Position numbers and translations under genes: made by a program. Below the pieces are notes generated by a model. The model saw only the letters and a program-made list of their open reading frames with translations, did no database searches and was not told the DNA's origin. This document shows, one piece after another, positions 1-8,866 of a DNA stretch of 20,569 bases; positions within the stretch are counted from its first letter, which is position 1; each line of letters opens with the position of its first letter. The stretch lies in NCBI GenBank assembly GCA_043228905.1, contig JBHGNT010000566.1:1-20569 (forward strand), given 5' to 3'. The stretch is from Azolla caroliniana (Eukaryota; Plantae; Polypodiophyta).

Positions 1-591
1 GAGGGGTTCCTTGAGGAGGGGCGCCGCTACAGAGACAACAAGAGAGACTCCGAAGAGGAAAGGGAACGTCGTAGCCGTGGTCGCGATGAGCCACGTGACG
101 AGGAACTGAGGCGAGAGTGCGGTGATTTCATCGACAAGCAGATCCGAGAGCTACAAGAGCGCTCCGAAAGAGAGGAAGGTGAACAAGGACGTCGCTCCCC
201 ATGGATCGAAAACACTCGATACTCAAGACCCTCGGAACGGTGCTGCAGGAACGTCGAACGAATCCCCGCCGAAGATCGATGCGATCGCCTACGTGATGCC
301 TTGTATGCTGACGAGGAGGAACGACGCAATGATGAAGGCCGACGCCATGGCCAACAATCAAGGGAACACCGTAGCTGGGAGGAAGAGGACGAGGAGCGCG
401 AGAGAGATAGCAGCCGTGAGCGACGAGAGGGTGACGAACGCCGCCACCGCATGTCTCGACGACAAGAGGACGAACGTCAACAACGTCGCCAATTCAAGGC
501 CGATGACGAGGAAAGAGCTCTAGGCGTCGCCGCCTCCCGCCTACTCCAACAGTGCGATCTTCGCCCTCGTGCTTGTATTCGTCGCTTCTAA
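1..591 (+). CDS. 2S albumin-like Arg/Glu-rich storage protein, copy 0 (5' part outside window; starts at codon 66)
   Basis: Position 1 reads GAG GGG TTC CTT (E66-G-F-L) in frame with the full-length copies and runs to TAA at 589-591. The 96-aa ORF at 301..591 is just its C-terminal part. Confidence 0.88.
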   Translation, partial: EGFLEEGRRYRDNKRDSEEERERRSRGRDEPRDEELRRECGDFIDKQIRELQERSEREEGEQGRRSPWIENTRYSRPSERCCRNVERIPAEDRCDRLRDALYADEEERRNDEGRRHGQQSREHRSWEEEDEERERDSSRERREGDERRHRMSRRQEDERQQRRQFKADDEERALGVAASRLLQQCDLRPRACIRRF

Positions 592-690
592 ATAGTACAT
601 AAACCTTGTTCAAATTATTCTCGTGGTCTCTCTCTAATTTCTCGTAAGTGTTTACGAACAAGTGCGTCTCCCCAATCGCGCATTACACCC

Positions 691-752
691 ACACGAACGT
701 AAACACGAGCACCAACGTCCCTCCAACACGAACGTAAACACGAGCACCAACG
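691..752 (+). repeat. 27-bp perfect direct repeat in the spacer (two copies, 35-bp period); present in each unit
   Basis: ACACGAACGTAAACACGAGCACCAACG at 691-717 and 726-752, separated by TCCCTCCA. Confidence 0.95.
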
Positions 753-1100
753 CATAGAATTTGCCTATAGGGACCGCAAACCACCCAAACGGAAAAAAAA
801 ACATCAAAGCAGGACACCCATACCGCACACGCCACGGCAACGGCTAAGGCTAAGGTCAACTTGTACACGCGGCGAATGTGAACTTGCTTCCACACTTGCC
901 CGATAGGACACTCCTAGTGTGGTAGTCCGGTTAGCTTTCCTTGTCGTCGTCGTTACCAACCCCTCGTCCGTCCGAACGAGCGAGTACGGACACCGGTCTA
1001 TCTACGTTCATCGATGTAGCACACTCGGGAGCCACCACTCGTCCCGCAGTAGCCTCCGCGTGCTTAGTGTCTCGGCACTAGCGCGTTCTAGTTTAATGTG

Positions 1101-1106
1101 CACGTG
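1101..1106 (+). promoter_or_regulatory. G-box CACGTG (within palindrome GCACGTGC), 360 bp upstream of ATG; in each unit
   Basis: Exact motif seen. G-box/ABRE elements bound by bZIP factors are established in seed storage protein promoters; function here is inferred. Confidence 0.5.
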
Positions 1107-1263
1107 CCCGCACACCCCTACGCGCACGCGCGAGTGCGCACATTTACCTATGTATGTATAAATGTTATGTTGCTCGACAAGCTCTCGCGCGAGGAGGAGG
1201 AGTACCCGCTACAGGTTGCGCCCAGATTGTCTGGTGACAATACGACACCTAGGACTAGCCTAG

Positions 1264-1328
1264 ACGTGTGGGAGGGTGGACTAGTTGGTATGGGTCTTGG
1301 GCAAGAGTTGTACGCAGGACACACACGT
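1264..1328 (+). promoter_or_regulatory. Two ABRE-like ACGTGT elements in opposite orientation (ACGTGT 1264-1269; ACACGT 1323-1328); in each unit
   Basis: Motifs seen directly at about -197 and -138 from the ATG, just upstream of the RY element. Confidence 0.55.
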
Positions 1329-1352
1329 TATGGTAATGGGAGTGGTGAGTGA

Positions 1353-1375
1353 CATGCATGTGCTCTGATTGCATG
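1353..1375 (+). promoter_or_regulatory. RY/Sph element CATGCATG (1353-1360) plus a second RY core TGCATG (1370-1375); in each unit
   Basis: Perfect RY repeat 108 bp upstream of the ATG and about 30 bp upstream of the TATA box. RY is the established site for B3 factors ABI3/FUS3/LEC2 in seed storage protein genes. Confidence 0.8.
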
Positions 1376-1383
1376 GCCATGTG

Positions 1384-1394
1384 TATATATTAAA
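1384..1394 (+). promoter_or_regulatory. TATA box (TATATATTAAA); in each unit
   Basis: AT-only run 77 bp upstream of the ATG, followed about 30 bp later by initiator-like TCA/ACA sites (1411-1418). The start codon has plant-type context GCAATGGC. Confidence 0.75.
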
Positions 1395-1460
1395 GGTGGA
1401 GGGAGCAATGTCAATACAATCCATTAGGAGACAAGCACCGGGATCATAAGGACAATCGCA

Positions 1461-2246
1461 ATGGCAAAGCTTACTTCCGTATTCCTCATGGCCGTGATCA
1501 TGCTCGCCGCGTGTACCGCGGCCAATGCTAGGTCTGTAGGGCGGGACCGTGAAGAGGAGCGACGCGATCGACGTCGTGAGGGAGACATTGACGAGGAGAG
1601 GCGCGATCGACGCCGAGAGGGGGAGTGCGATGACGAGAGGCGCGAGCGACGTCGTGAGGGGTTCCTTGAGGAGGGGCGCCGCTACAGAGACAACAAGAGA
1701 GACTCCGAAGAGGAAAGGGAACGTCGTAGCCGTGGTCGCGATGAGCCACGTGACGAGGAACTGAGGCGAGAGTGCGGTGATTTCATCGACAAGCAGATCC
1801 GAGAGCTACAAGAGCGCTCCGAAAGAGAGGAAGGTGAACAAGGACGTCGCTCCCCATGGATCGAAAACACTCGATACTCAAGACCCTCGGAACGGTGCTG
1901 CAGGAACGTCGAACGAATCCCCGCCGAAGATCGATGCGATCGCCTACGTGATGCCTTGTATGCTGACGAGGAGGAACGACGCAATGATGAAGGCCGACGC
2001 CATGGCCAACAATCAAGGGAACACCGTAGCTGGGAGGAAGAGGACGAGGAGCGCGAGAGAGATAGCAGCCGTGAGCGACGAGAGGGTGACGAACGCCGCC
2101 ACCGCATGTCTCGACGACAAGAGGACGAACGTCAACAACGTCGCCAATTCAAGGCCGATGACGAGGAAAGAGCTCTAGGCGTCGCCGCCTCCCGCCTACT
2201 CCAACAGTGCGATCTTCGCCCTCGTGCTTGTATTCGTCGCTTCTAA
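1461..2246 (+). CDS. 2S albumin-like (prolamin superfamily) Arg/Glu-rich seed/spore storage protein precursor, copy 1, 261 aa
   Basis: Hydrophobic signal peptide (residues ~1-23, ending A-N-A). Cys skeleton C105...C146C147-x9-D157-R-C159...C250-x6-C257. Motifs RECGDFI, PSERCCRNVERIPAEDRCDRL and AASRLLQQCDLRPRAC correspond to 2S albumin helices. Intronless, with RY/ABRE/TATA upstream. Confidence 0.88.
   Translation: MAKLTSVFLMAVIMLAACTAANARSVGRDREEERRDRRREGDIDEERRDRRREGECDDERRERRREGFLEEGRRYRDNKRDSEEERERRSRGRDEPRDEELRRECGDFIDKQIRELQERSEREEGEQGRRSPWIENTRYSRPSERCCRNVERIPAEDRCDRLRDALYADEEERRNDEGRRHGQQSREHRSWEEEDEERERDSSRERREGDERRHRMSRRQEDERQQRRQFKADDEERALGVAASRLLQQCDLRPRACIRRF
1545..1661 (+). repeat. 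Coding minisatellite: three 39-bp (13-aa) imperfect repeats; in each gene copy
   Basis: DREEERRDRRREG (29-41), DIDEERRDRRREG (42-54), ECDDERRERRREG (55-67), followed by a degenerate FLEEGRRYRDNKR. Confidence 0.85.
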
Positions 2247-3115
2247 ATAGTACATAAACCTTGTTCAAATTATTCTCGTGGTCTCTCTCTAATTTCTCGT
2301 AAGTGTTTACGAACAAGTGCGTCTCCCCAATCGCGCATTACACCCACACGAACGTAAACACGAGCACCAACGTCCCTCCAACACGAACGTAAACACGAGC
2401 ACCAACGCATAGAATTTGCCTATAGGGACCGCAAACCACCCAAACGGAAAAAAAAACATCAAAGCAGGACACCCATACCGCACACGCCACGGCAACGGCT
2501 AAGGCTAAGGTCAACTTGTACACGCGGCGAATGTGAACTTGCTTCCACACTTGCCCGATAGGACACTCCTAGTGTGGTAGTCCGGTTAGCTTTCCTTGTC
2601 GTCGTCGTTACCAACCCCTCGTCCGTCCGAACGAGCGAGTACGGACACCGGTCTATCTACGTTCATCGATGTAGCACACTCGGGAGCCACCACTCGTCCC
2701 GCAGTAGCCTCCGCGTGCTTAGTGTCTCGGCACTAGCGCGTTCTAGTTTAATGTGCACGTGCCCGCACACCCCTACGCGCACGCGCGAGTGCGCACATTT
2801 ACCTATGTATGTATAAATGTTATGTTGCTCGACAAGCTCTCGCGCGAGGAGGAGGAGTACCCGCTACAGGTTGCGCCCAGATTGTCTGGTGACAATACGA
2901 CACCTAGGACTAGCCTAGACGTGTGGGAGGGTGGACTAGTTGGTATGGGTCTTGGGCAAGAGTTGTACGCAGGACACACACGTTATGGTAATGGGAGTGG
3001 TGAGTGACATGCATGTGCTCTGATTGCATGGCCATGTGTATATATTAAAGGTGGAGGGAGCAATGTCAATACAATCCATTAGGAGACAAGCACCGGGATC
3101 ATAAGGACAATCGCA

Positions 3116-3901
3116 ATGGCAAAGCTTACTTCCGTATTCCTCATGGCCGTGATCATGCTCGCCGCGTGTACCGCGGCCAATGCTAGGTCTGTAGGGCGGG
3201 ACCGTGAAGAGGAGCGACGCGATCGACGTCGTGAGGGAGACATTGACGAGGAGAGGCGCGATCGACGCCGAGAGGGGGAGTGCGATGACGAGAGGCGCGA
3301 GCGACGTCGTGAGGGGTTCCTTGAGGAGGGGCGCCGCTACAGAGACAACAAGAGAGACTCCGAAGAGGAAAGGGAACGTCGTAGCCGTGGTCGCGATGAG
3401 CCACGTGACGAGGAACTGAGGCGAGAGTGCGGTGATTTCATCGACAAGCAGATCCGAGAGCTACAAGAGCGCTCCGAAAGAGAGGAAGGTGAACAAGGAC
3501 GTCGCTCCCCATGGATCGAAAACACTCGATACTCAAGACCCTCGGAACGGTGCTGCAGGAACGTCGAACGAATCCCCGCCGAAGATCGATGCGATCGCCT
3601 ACGTGATGCCTTGTATGCTGACGAGGAGGAACGACGCAATGATGAAGGCCGACGCCATGGCCAACAATCAAGGGAACACCGTAGCTGGGAGGAAGAGGAC
3701 GAGGAGCGCGAGAGAGATAGCAGCCGTGAGCGACGAGAGGGTGACGAACGCCGCCACCGCATGTCTCGACGACAAGAGGACGAACGTCAACAACGTCGCC
3801 AATTCAAGGCCGATGACGAGGAAAGAGCTCTAGGCGTCGCCGCCTCCCGCCTACTCCAACAGTGCGATCTTCGCCCTCGTGCTTGTATTCGTCGCTTCTA
3901 A
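3116..3901 (+). CDS. 2S albumin-like storage protein precursor, copy 2, 261 aa
   Basis: Translation identical to copy 1. Confidence 0.88.
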   Translation: MAKLTSVFLMAVIMLAACTAANARSVGRDREEERRDRRREGDIDEERRDRRREGECDDERRERRREGFLEEGRRYRDNKRDSEEERERRSRGRDEPRDEELRRECGDFIDKQIRELQERSEREEGEQGRRSPWIENTRYSRPSERCCRNVERIPAEDRCDRLRDALYADEEERRNDEGRRHGQQSREHRSWEEEDEERERDSSRERREGDERRHRMSRRQEDERQQRRQFKADDEERALGVAASRLLQQCDLRPRACIRRF

Positions 3902-4770
3902 ATAGTACATAAACCTTGTTCAAATTATTCTCGTGGTCTCTCTCTAATTTCTCGTAAGTGTTTACGAACAAGTGCGTCTCCCCAATCGCGCATTACACCC
4001 ACACGAACGTAAACACGAGCACCAACGTCCCTCCAACACGAACGTAAACACGAGCACCAACGCATAGAATTTGCCTATAGGGACCGCAAACCACCCAAAC
4101 GGAAAAAAAAACATCAAAGCAGGACACCCATACCGCACACGCCACGGCAACGGCTAAGGCTAAGGTCAACTTGTACACGCGGCGAATGTGAACTTGCTTC
4201 CACACTTGCCCGATAGGACACTCCTAGTGTGGTAGTCCGGTTAGCTTTCCTTGTCGTCGTCGTTACCAACCCCTCGTCCGTCCGAACGAGCGAGTACGGA
4301 CACCGGTCTATCTACGTTCATCGATGTAGCACACTCGGGAGCCACCACTCGTCCCGCAGTAGCCTCCGCGTGCTTAGTGTCTCGGCACTAGCGCGTTCTA
4401 GTTTAATGTGCACGTGCCCGCACACCCCTACGCGCACGCGCGAGTGCGCACATTTACCTATGTATGTATAAATGTTATGTTGCTCGACAAGCTCTCGCGC
4501 GAGGAGGAGGAGTACCCGCTACAGGTTGCGCCCAGATTGTCTGGTGACAATACGACACCTAGGACTAGCCTAGACGTGTGGGAGGGTGGACTAGTTGGTA
4601 TGGGTCTTGGGCAAGAGTTGTACGCAAGACACACACGTTATGGTAATGGGAGTGGTGAGTGACATGCATGTGCTCTGATTGCATGGCCATGTGTATATAT
4701 TAAAGGTGGAGGGAGCAATGTCAATACAATCCATTAGGAGACAAGCACCGGGATCATAAGGACAATCGCA

Positions 4771-5556
4771 ATGGCAAAGCTTACTTCCGTATTCCTCATG
4801 GCCGTGATCATGCTCGCCGCGTGTACCGCGGCCAATGCTAGGTCTGTAGGGCGGGACCGTGAAGAGGAGCGACGCGATCGACGTCGTGAGGGAGACATTG
4901 ACGAGGAGAGGCGCGATCGACGCCGAGAGGGGGAGTGCGATGACGAGAGGCGCGAGCGACGTCGTGAGGGGTTCCTTGAGGAGGGGCGCCGCTACAGAGA
5001 CAACAAGAGAGACTCCGAAGAGGAAAGGGAACGTCGTAGCCGTGGTCGCGATGAGCCACGTGACGAGGAACTGAGGCGAGAGTGCGGTGATTTCATCGAC
5101 AAGCAGATCCGAGAGCTACAAGAGCGCTCCGAAAGAGAGGAAGGTGAACAAGGACGTCGCTCCCCATGGATCGAAAACACTCGATACTCAAGACCCTCGG
5201 AACGGTGCTGCAGGAACGTCGAACGAATCCCCGCCGAAGATCGATGCGATCGCCTACGTGATGCCTTGTATGCTGACGAGGAGGAACGACGCAATGATGA
5301 AGGCCGACGCCATGGCCAACAATCAAGGGAACACCGTAGCTGGGAGGAAGAGGACGAGGAGCGCGAGAGAGATAGCAGCCGTGAGCGACGAGAGGGTGAC
5401 GAACGCCGCCACCGCATGTCTCGACGACAAGAGGACGAACGTCAACAACGTCGCCAATTCAAGGCCGATGACGAGGAAAGAGCTCTAGGCGTCGCCGCCT
5501 CCCGCCTACTCCAACAGTGCGATCTTCGCCCTCGTGCTTGTATTCGTCGCTTCTAA
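4771..5556 (+). CDS. 2S albumin-like storage protein precursor, copy 3, 261 aa
   Basis: Translation identical to copy 1; a private G>A lies upstream at 4627. Confidence 0.88.
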   Translation: MAKLTSVFLMAVIMLAACTAANARSVGRDREEERRDRRREGDIDEERRDRRREGECDDERRERRREGFLEEGRRYRDNKRDSEEERERRSRGRDEPRDEELRRECGDFIDKQIRELQERSEREEGEQGRRSPWIENTRYSRPSERCCRNVERIPAEDRCDRLRDALYADEEERRNDEGRRHGQQSREHRSWEEEDEERERDSSRERREGDERRHRMSRRQEDERQQRRQFKADDEERALGVAASRLLQQCDLRPRACIRRF

Positions 5557-6425
5557 ATAGTACATAAACCTTGTTCAAATTATTCTCGTGGTCTCTCTCT
5601 AATTTCTCGTAAGTGTTTACGAACAAGTGCGTCTCCCCAATCGCGCATTACACCCACACGAACGTAAACACGAGCACCAACGTCCCTCCAACACGAACGT
5701 AAACACGAGCACCAACGCATAGAATTTGCCTATAGGGACCGCAAACCACCCAAACGGAAAAAAAAACATCAAAGCAGGACACCCATACCGCACACGCCAC
5801 GGCAACGGCTAAGGCTAAGGTCAACTTGTACACGCGGCGAATGTGAACTTGCTTCCACACTTGCCCGATAGGACACTCCTAGTGTGGTAGTCCGGTTAGC
5901 TTTCCTTGTCGTCGTCGTTACCAACCCCTCGTCCGTCCGAACGAGCGAGTACGGACACCGGTCTATCTACGTTCATCGATGTAGCACACTCGGGAGCCAC
6001 CACTCGTCCCGCAGTAGCCTCCGCGTGCTTAGTGTCTCGGCACTAGCGCGTTCTAGTTTAATGTGCACGTGCCCGCACACCCCTACGCGCACGCGCGAGT
6101 GCGCACATTTACCTATGTATGTATAAATGTTATGTTGCTCGACAAGCTCTCGCGCGAGGAGGAGGAGTACCCGCTACAGGTTGCGCCCAGATTGTCTGGT
6201 GACAATACGACACCTAGGACTAGCCTAGACGTGTGGGAGGGTGGACTAGTTGGTATGGGTCTTGGGCAAGAGTTGTACGCAGGACACACACGTTATGGTA
6301 ATGGGAGTGGTGAGTGACATGCATGTGCTCTGATTGCATGGCCATGTGTATATATTAAAGGTGGAGGGAGCAATGTCAATACAATCCATTAGGAGACAAG
6401 CACCGGGATCATAAGGACAATCGCA

Positions 6426-7211
6426 ATGGCAAAGCTTACTTCCGTATTCCTCATGGCCGTGATCATGCTCGCCGCGTGTACCGCGGCCAATGCTAGGTCT
6501 GTAGGGCGGGACCGTGAAGAGGAGCGACGCGATCGACGTCGTGAGGGAGACATTGACGAGGAGAGGCGCGATCGACGCCGAGAGGGGGAGTGCGATGACG
6601 AGAGGCGCGAGCGACGTCGTGAGGGGTTCCTTGAGGAGGGGCGCCGCTACAGAGACAACAAGAGAGACTCCGAAGAGGAAAGGGAACGTCGTAGCCGTGG
6701 TCGCGATGAGCCACGTGACGAGGAACTGAGGCGAGAGTGCGGTGATTTCATCGACAAGCAGATCCGAGAGCTACAAGAGCGCTCCGAAAGAGAGGAAGGT
6801 GAACAAGGACGTCGCTCCCCATGGATCGAAAACACTCGATACTCAAGACCCTCGGAACGGTGCTGCAGGAACGTCGAACGAATCCCCGCCGAAGATCGAT
6901 GCGATCGCCTACGTGATGCCTTGTATGCTGACGAGGAGGAACGACGCAATGATGAAGGCCGACGCCATGGCCAACAATCAAGGGAACACCGTAGCTGGGA
7001 GGAAGAGGACGAGGAGCGCGAGAGAGATAGCAGCCGTGAGCGACGAGAGGGTGACGAACGCCGCCACCGCATGTCTCGACGACAAGAGGACGAACGTCAA
7101 CAACGTCGCCAATTCAAGGCCGATGACGAGGAAAGAGCTCTAGGCGTCGCCGCCTCCCGCCTACTCCAACAGTGCGATCTTCGCCCTCGTGCTTGTATTC
7201 GTCGCTTCTAA
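6426..7211 (+). CDS. 2S albumin-like storage protein precursor, copy 4, 261 aa
   Basis: Translation identical to copy 1. Confidence 0.88.
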   Translation: MAKLTSVFLMAVIMLAACTAANARSVGRDREEERRDRRREGDIDEERRDRRREGECDDERRERRREGFLEEGRRYRDNKRDSEEERERRSRGRDEPRDEELRRECGDFIDKQIRELQERSEREEGEQGRRSPWIENTRYSRPSERCCRNVERIPAEDRCDRLRDALYADEEERRNDEGRRHGQQSREHRSWEEEDEERERDSSRERREGDERRHRMSRRQEDERQQRRQFKADDEERALGVAASRLLQQCDLRPRACIRRF

Positions 7212-8080
7212 ATAGTACATAAACCTTGTTCAAATTATTCTCGTGGTCTCTCTCTAATTTCTCGTAAGTGTTTACGAACAAGTGCGTCTCCCCAATCGCG
7301 CATTACACCCACACGAACGTAAACACGAGCACCAACGTCCCTCCAACACGAACGTAAACACGAGCACCAACGCATAGAATTTGCCTATAGGGACCGCAAA
7401 CCACCCAAACGGAAAAAAAAACATCAAAGCAGGACACCCATACCGCACACGCCACGGCAACGGCTAAGGCTAAGGTCAACTTGTACACGCGGCGAATGTG
7501 AACTTGCTTCCACACTTGCCCGATAGGACACTCCTAGTGTGGTAGTCCGGTTAGCTTTCCTTGTCGTCGTCGTTACCAACCCCTCGTCCGTCCGAACGAG
7601 CGAGTACGGACACCGGTCTATCTACGTTCATCGATGTAGCACACTCGGGAGCCACCACTCGTCCCGCAGTAGCCTCCGCGTGCTTAGTGTCTCGGCACTA
7701 GCGCGTTCTAGTTTAATGTGCACGTGCCCGCACACCCCTACGCGCACGCGCGAGTGCGCACATTTACCTATGTATGTATAAATGTTATGTTGCTCGACAA
7801 GCTCTCGCGCGAGGAGGAGGAGTACCCGCTACAGGTTGCGCCCAGATTGTCTGGTGACAATACGACACCTAGGACTAGCCTAGACGTGTGGGAGGGTGGA
7901 CTAGTTGGTATGGGTCTTGGGCAAGAGTTGTACGCAGGACACACACGTTATGGTAATGGGAGTGGTGAGTGACATGCATGTGCTCTGATTGCATGGCCAT
8001 GTGTATATATTAAAGGTGGAGGGAGCAATGTCAATACAATCCATTAGGAGACAAGCACCGGGATCATAAGGACAATCGCA

Positions 8081-8866
8081 ATGGCAAAGCTTACTTCCGT
8101 ATTCCTCATGGCCGTGATCATGCTCGCCGCGTGTACCGCGGCCAATGCTAGGTCTGTAGGGCGGGACCGTGAAGAGGAGCGACGCGATCGACGTCGTGAG
8201 GGAGACATTGACGAGGAGAGGCGCGATCGACGCCGAGAGGGGGAGTGCGATGACGAGAGGCGCGAGCGACGTCGTGAGGGGTTCCTTGAGGAGGGGCGCC
8301 GCTACAGAGACAACAAGAGAGACTCCGAAGAGGAAAGGGAACGTCGTAGCCGTGGTCGCGATGAGCCACGTGACGAGGAACTGAGGCGAGAGTGCGGTGA
8401 TTTCATCGACAAGCAGATCCGAGAGCTACAAGAGCGCTCCGAAAGAGAGGAAGGTGAACAAGGACGTCGCTCCCCATGGATCGAAAACACTCGATACTCA
8501 AGACCCTCGGAACGGTGCTGCAGGAACGTCGAACGAATCCCCGCCGAAGATCGATGCGATCGCCTACGTGATGCCTTGTATGCTGACGAGGAGGAACGAC
8601 GCAATGATGAAGGCCGACGCCATGGCCAACAATCAAGGGAACACCGTAGCTGGGAGGAAGAGGACGAGGAGCGCGAGAGAGATAGCAGCCGTGAGCGACG
8701 AGAGGGTGACGAACGCCGCCACCGCATGTCTCGACGACAAGAGGACGAACGTCAACAACGTCGCCAATTCAAGGCCGATGACGAGGAAAGAGCTCTAGGC
8801 GTCGCCGCCTCCCGCCTACTCCAACAGTGCGATCTTCGCCCTCGTGCTTGTATTCGTCGCTTCTAA
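8081..8866 (+). CDS. 2S albumin-like storage protein precursor, copy 5, 261 aa
   Basis: Translation identical to copy 1. Confidence 0.88.
   Translation: MAKLTSVFLMAVIMLAACTAANARSVGRDREEERRDRRREGDIDEERRDRRREGECDDERRERRREGFLEEGRRYRDNKRDSEEERERRSRGRDEPRDEELRRECGDFIDKQIRELQERSEREEGEQGRRSPWIENTRYSRPSERCCRNVERIPAEDRCDRLRDALYADEEERRNDEGRRHGQQSREHRSWEEEDEERERDSSRERREGDERRHRMSRRQEDERQQRRQFKADDEERALGVAASRLLQQCDLRPRACIRRF

Noticed and set aside
27-452. 141-aa Ser/Arg-rich minus-strand ORF, plus the 73- and 77-aa minus-strand ORFs, in each unit
   Set aside because: Antisense shadows of GAG/GAC/CGN-rich coding sequence that lacks stops on the other strand; no promoter or domain evidence.
122-523. 133-aa and 71-aa alternative-frame + strand ORFs overlapping the main gene
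   Set aside because: Out-of-frame shadows with no recognisable motif; the 133-aa one starts at GTG. The 10137 variant is silent only in the main frame.
691-752. 27-bp direct repeats as a possible mini-CRISPR
   Set aside because: Only two repeats, an 8-bp invariant spacer, no cas genes, and a eukaryotic context.
890-935. Short hairpins (CCACACT/AGTGTGG, TAGGA/TCCTA) and TGGTAGTCCGGTTAG resembling a tRNA/SINE A-box
   Set aside because: No B-box (GTTCRA) at a suitable distance and no cloverleaf; stems are too short to exceed chance.
652-1352. Spacer ORFs of 62, 70, 80 and 84 aa
   Set aside because: They rely on non-ATG starts in what looks like a plant nuclear locus, have no recognisable domains, and recur only because the unit is repeated.
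1408-1449. 13-codon upstream ORF (ATG TCA ATA ... TAA)
   Set aside because: Its ATG is only 24 bp from the start of the TATA box, so it is probably upstream of the transcription start; it would need RACE to reconsider.
1435-1450. GCACCGGGATC resembling part of plant 5S rRNA (possible 5S-linked array)
   Set aside because: The match is about 10 bp and neither flank resembles 5S rRNA.
1530-1760. PawS1/SFTI-like buried cyclic peptide in the albumin N-terminal extension
   Set aside because: No Asn-Gly...Asp-Gly-Leu-Asp-Asn type flanks and no Cys pair; the region is simple charged repeats.
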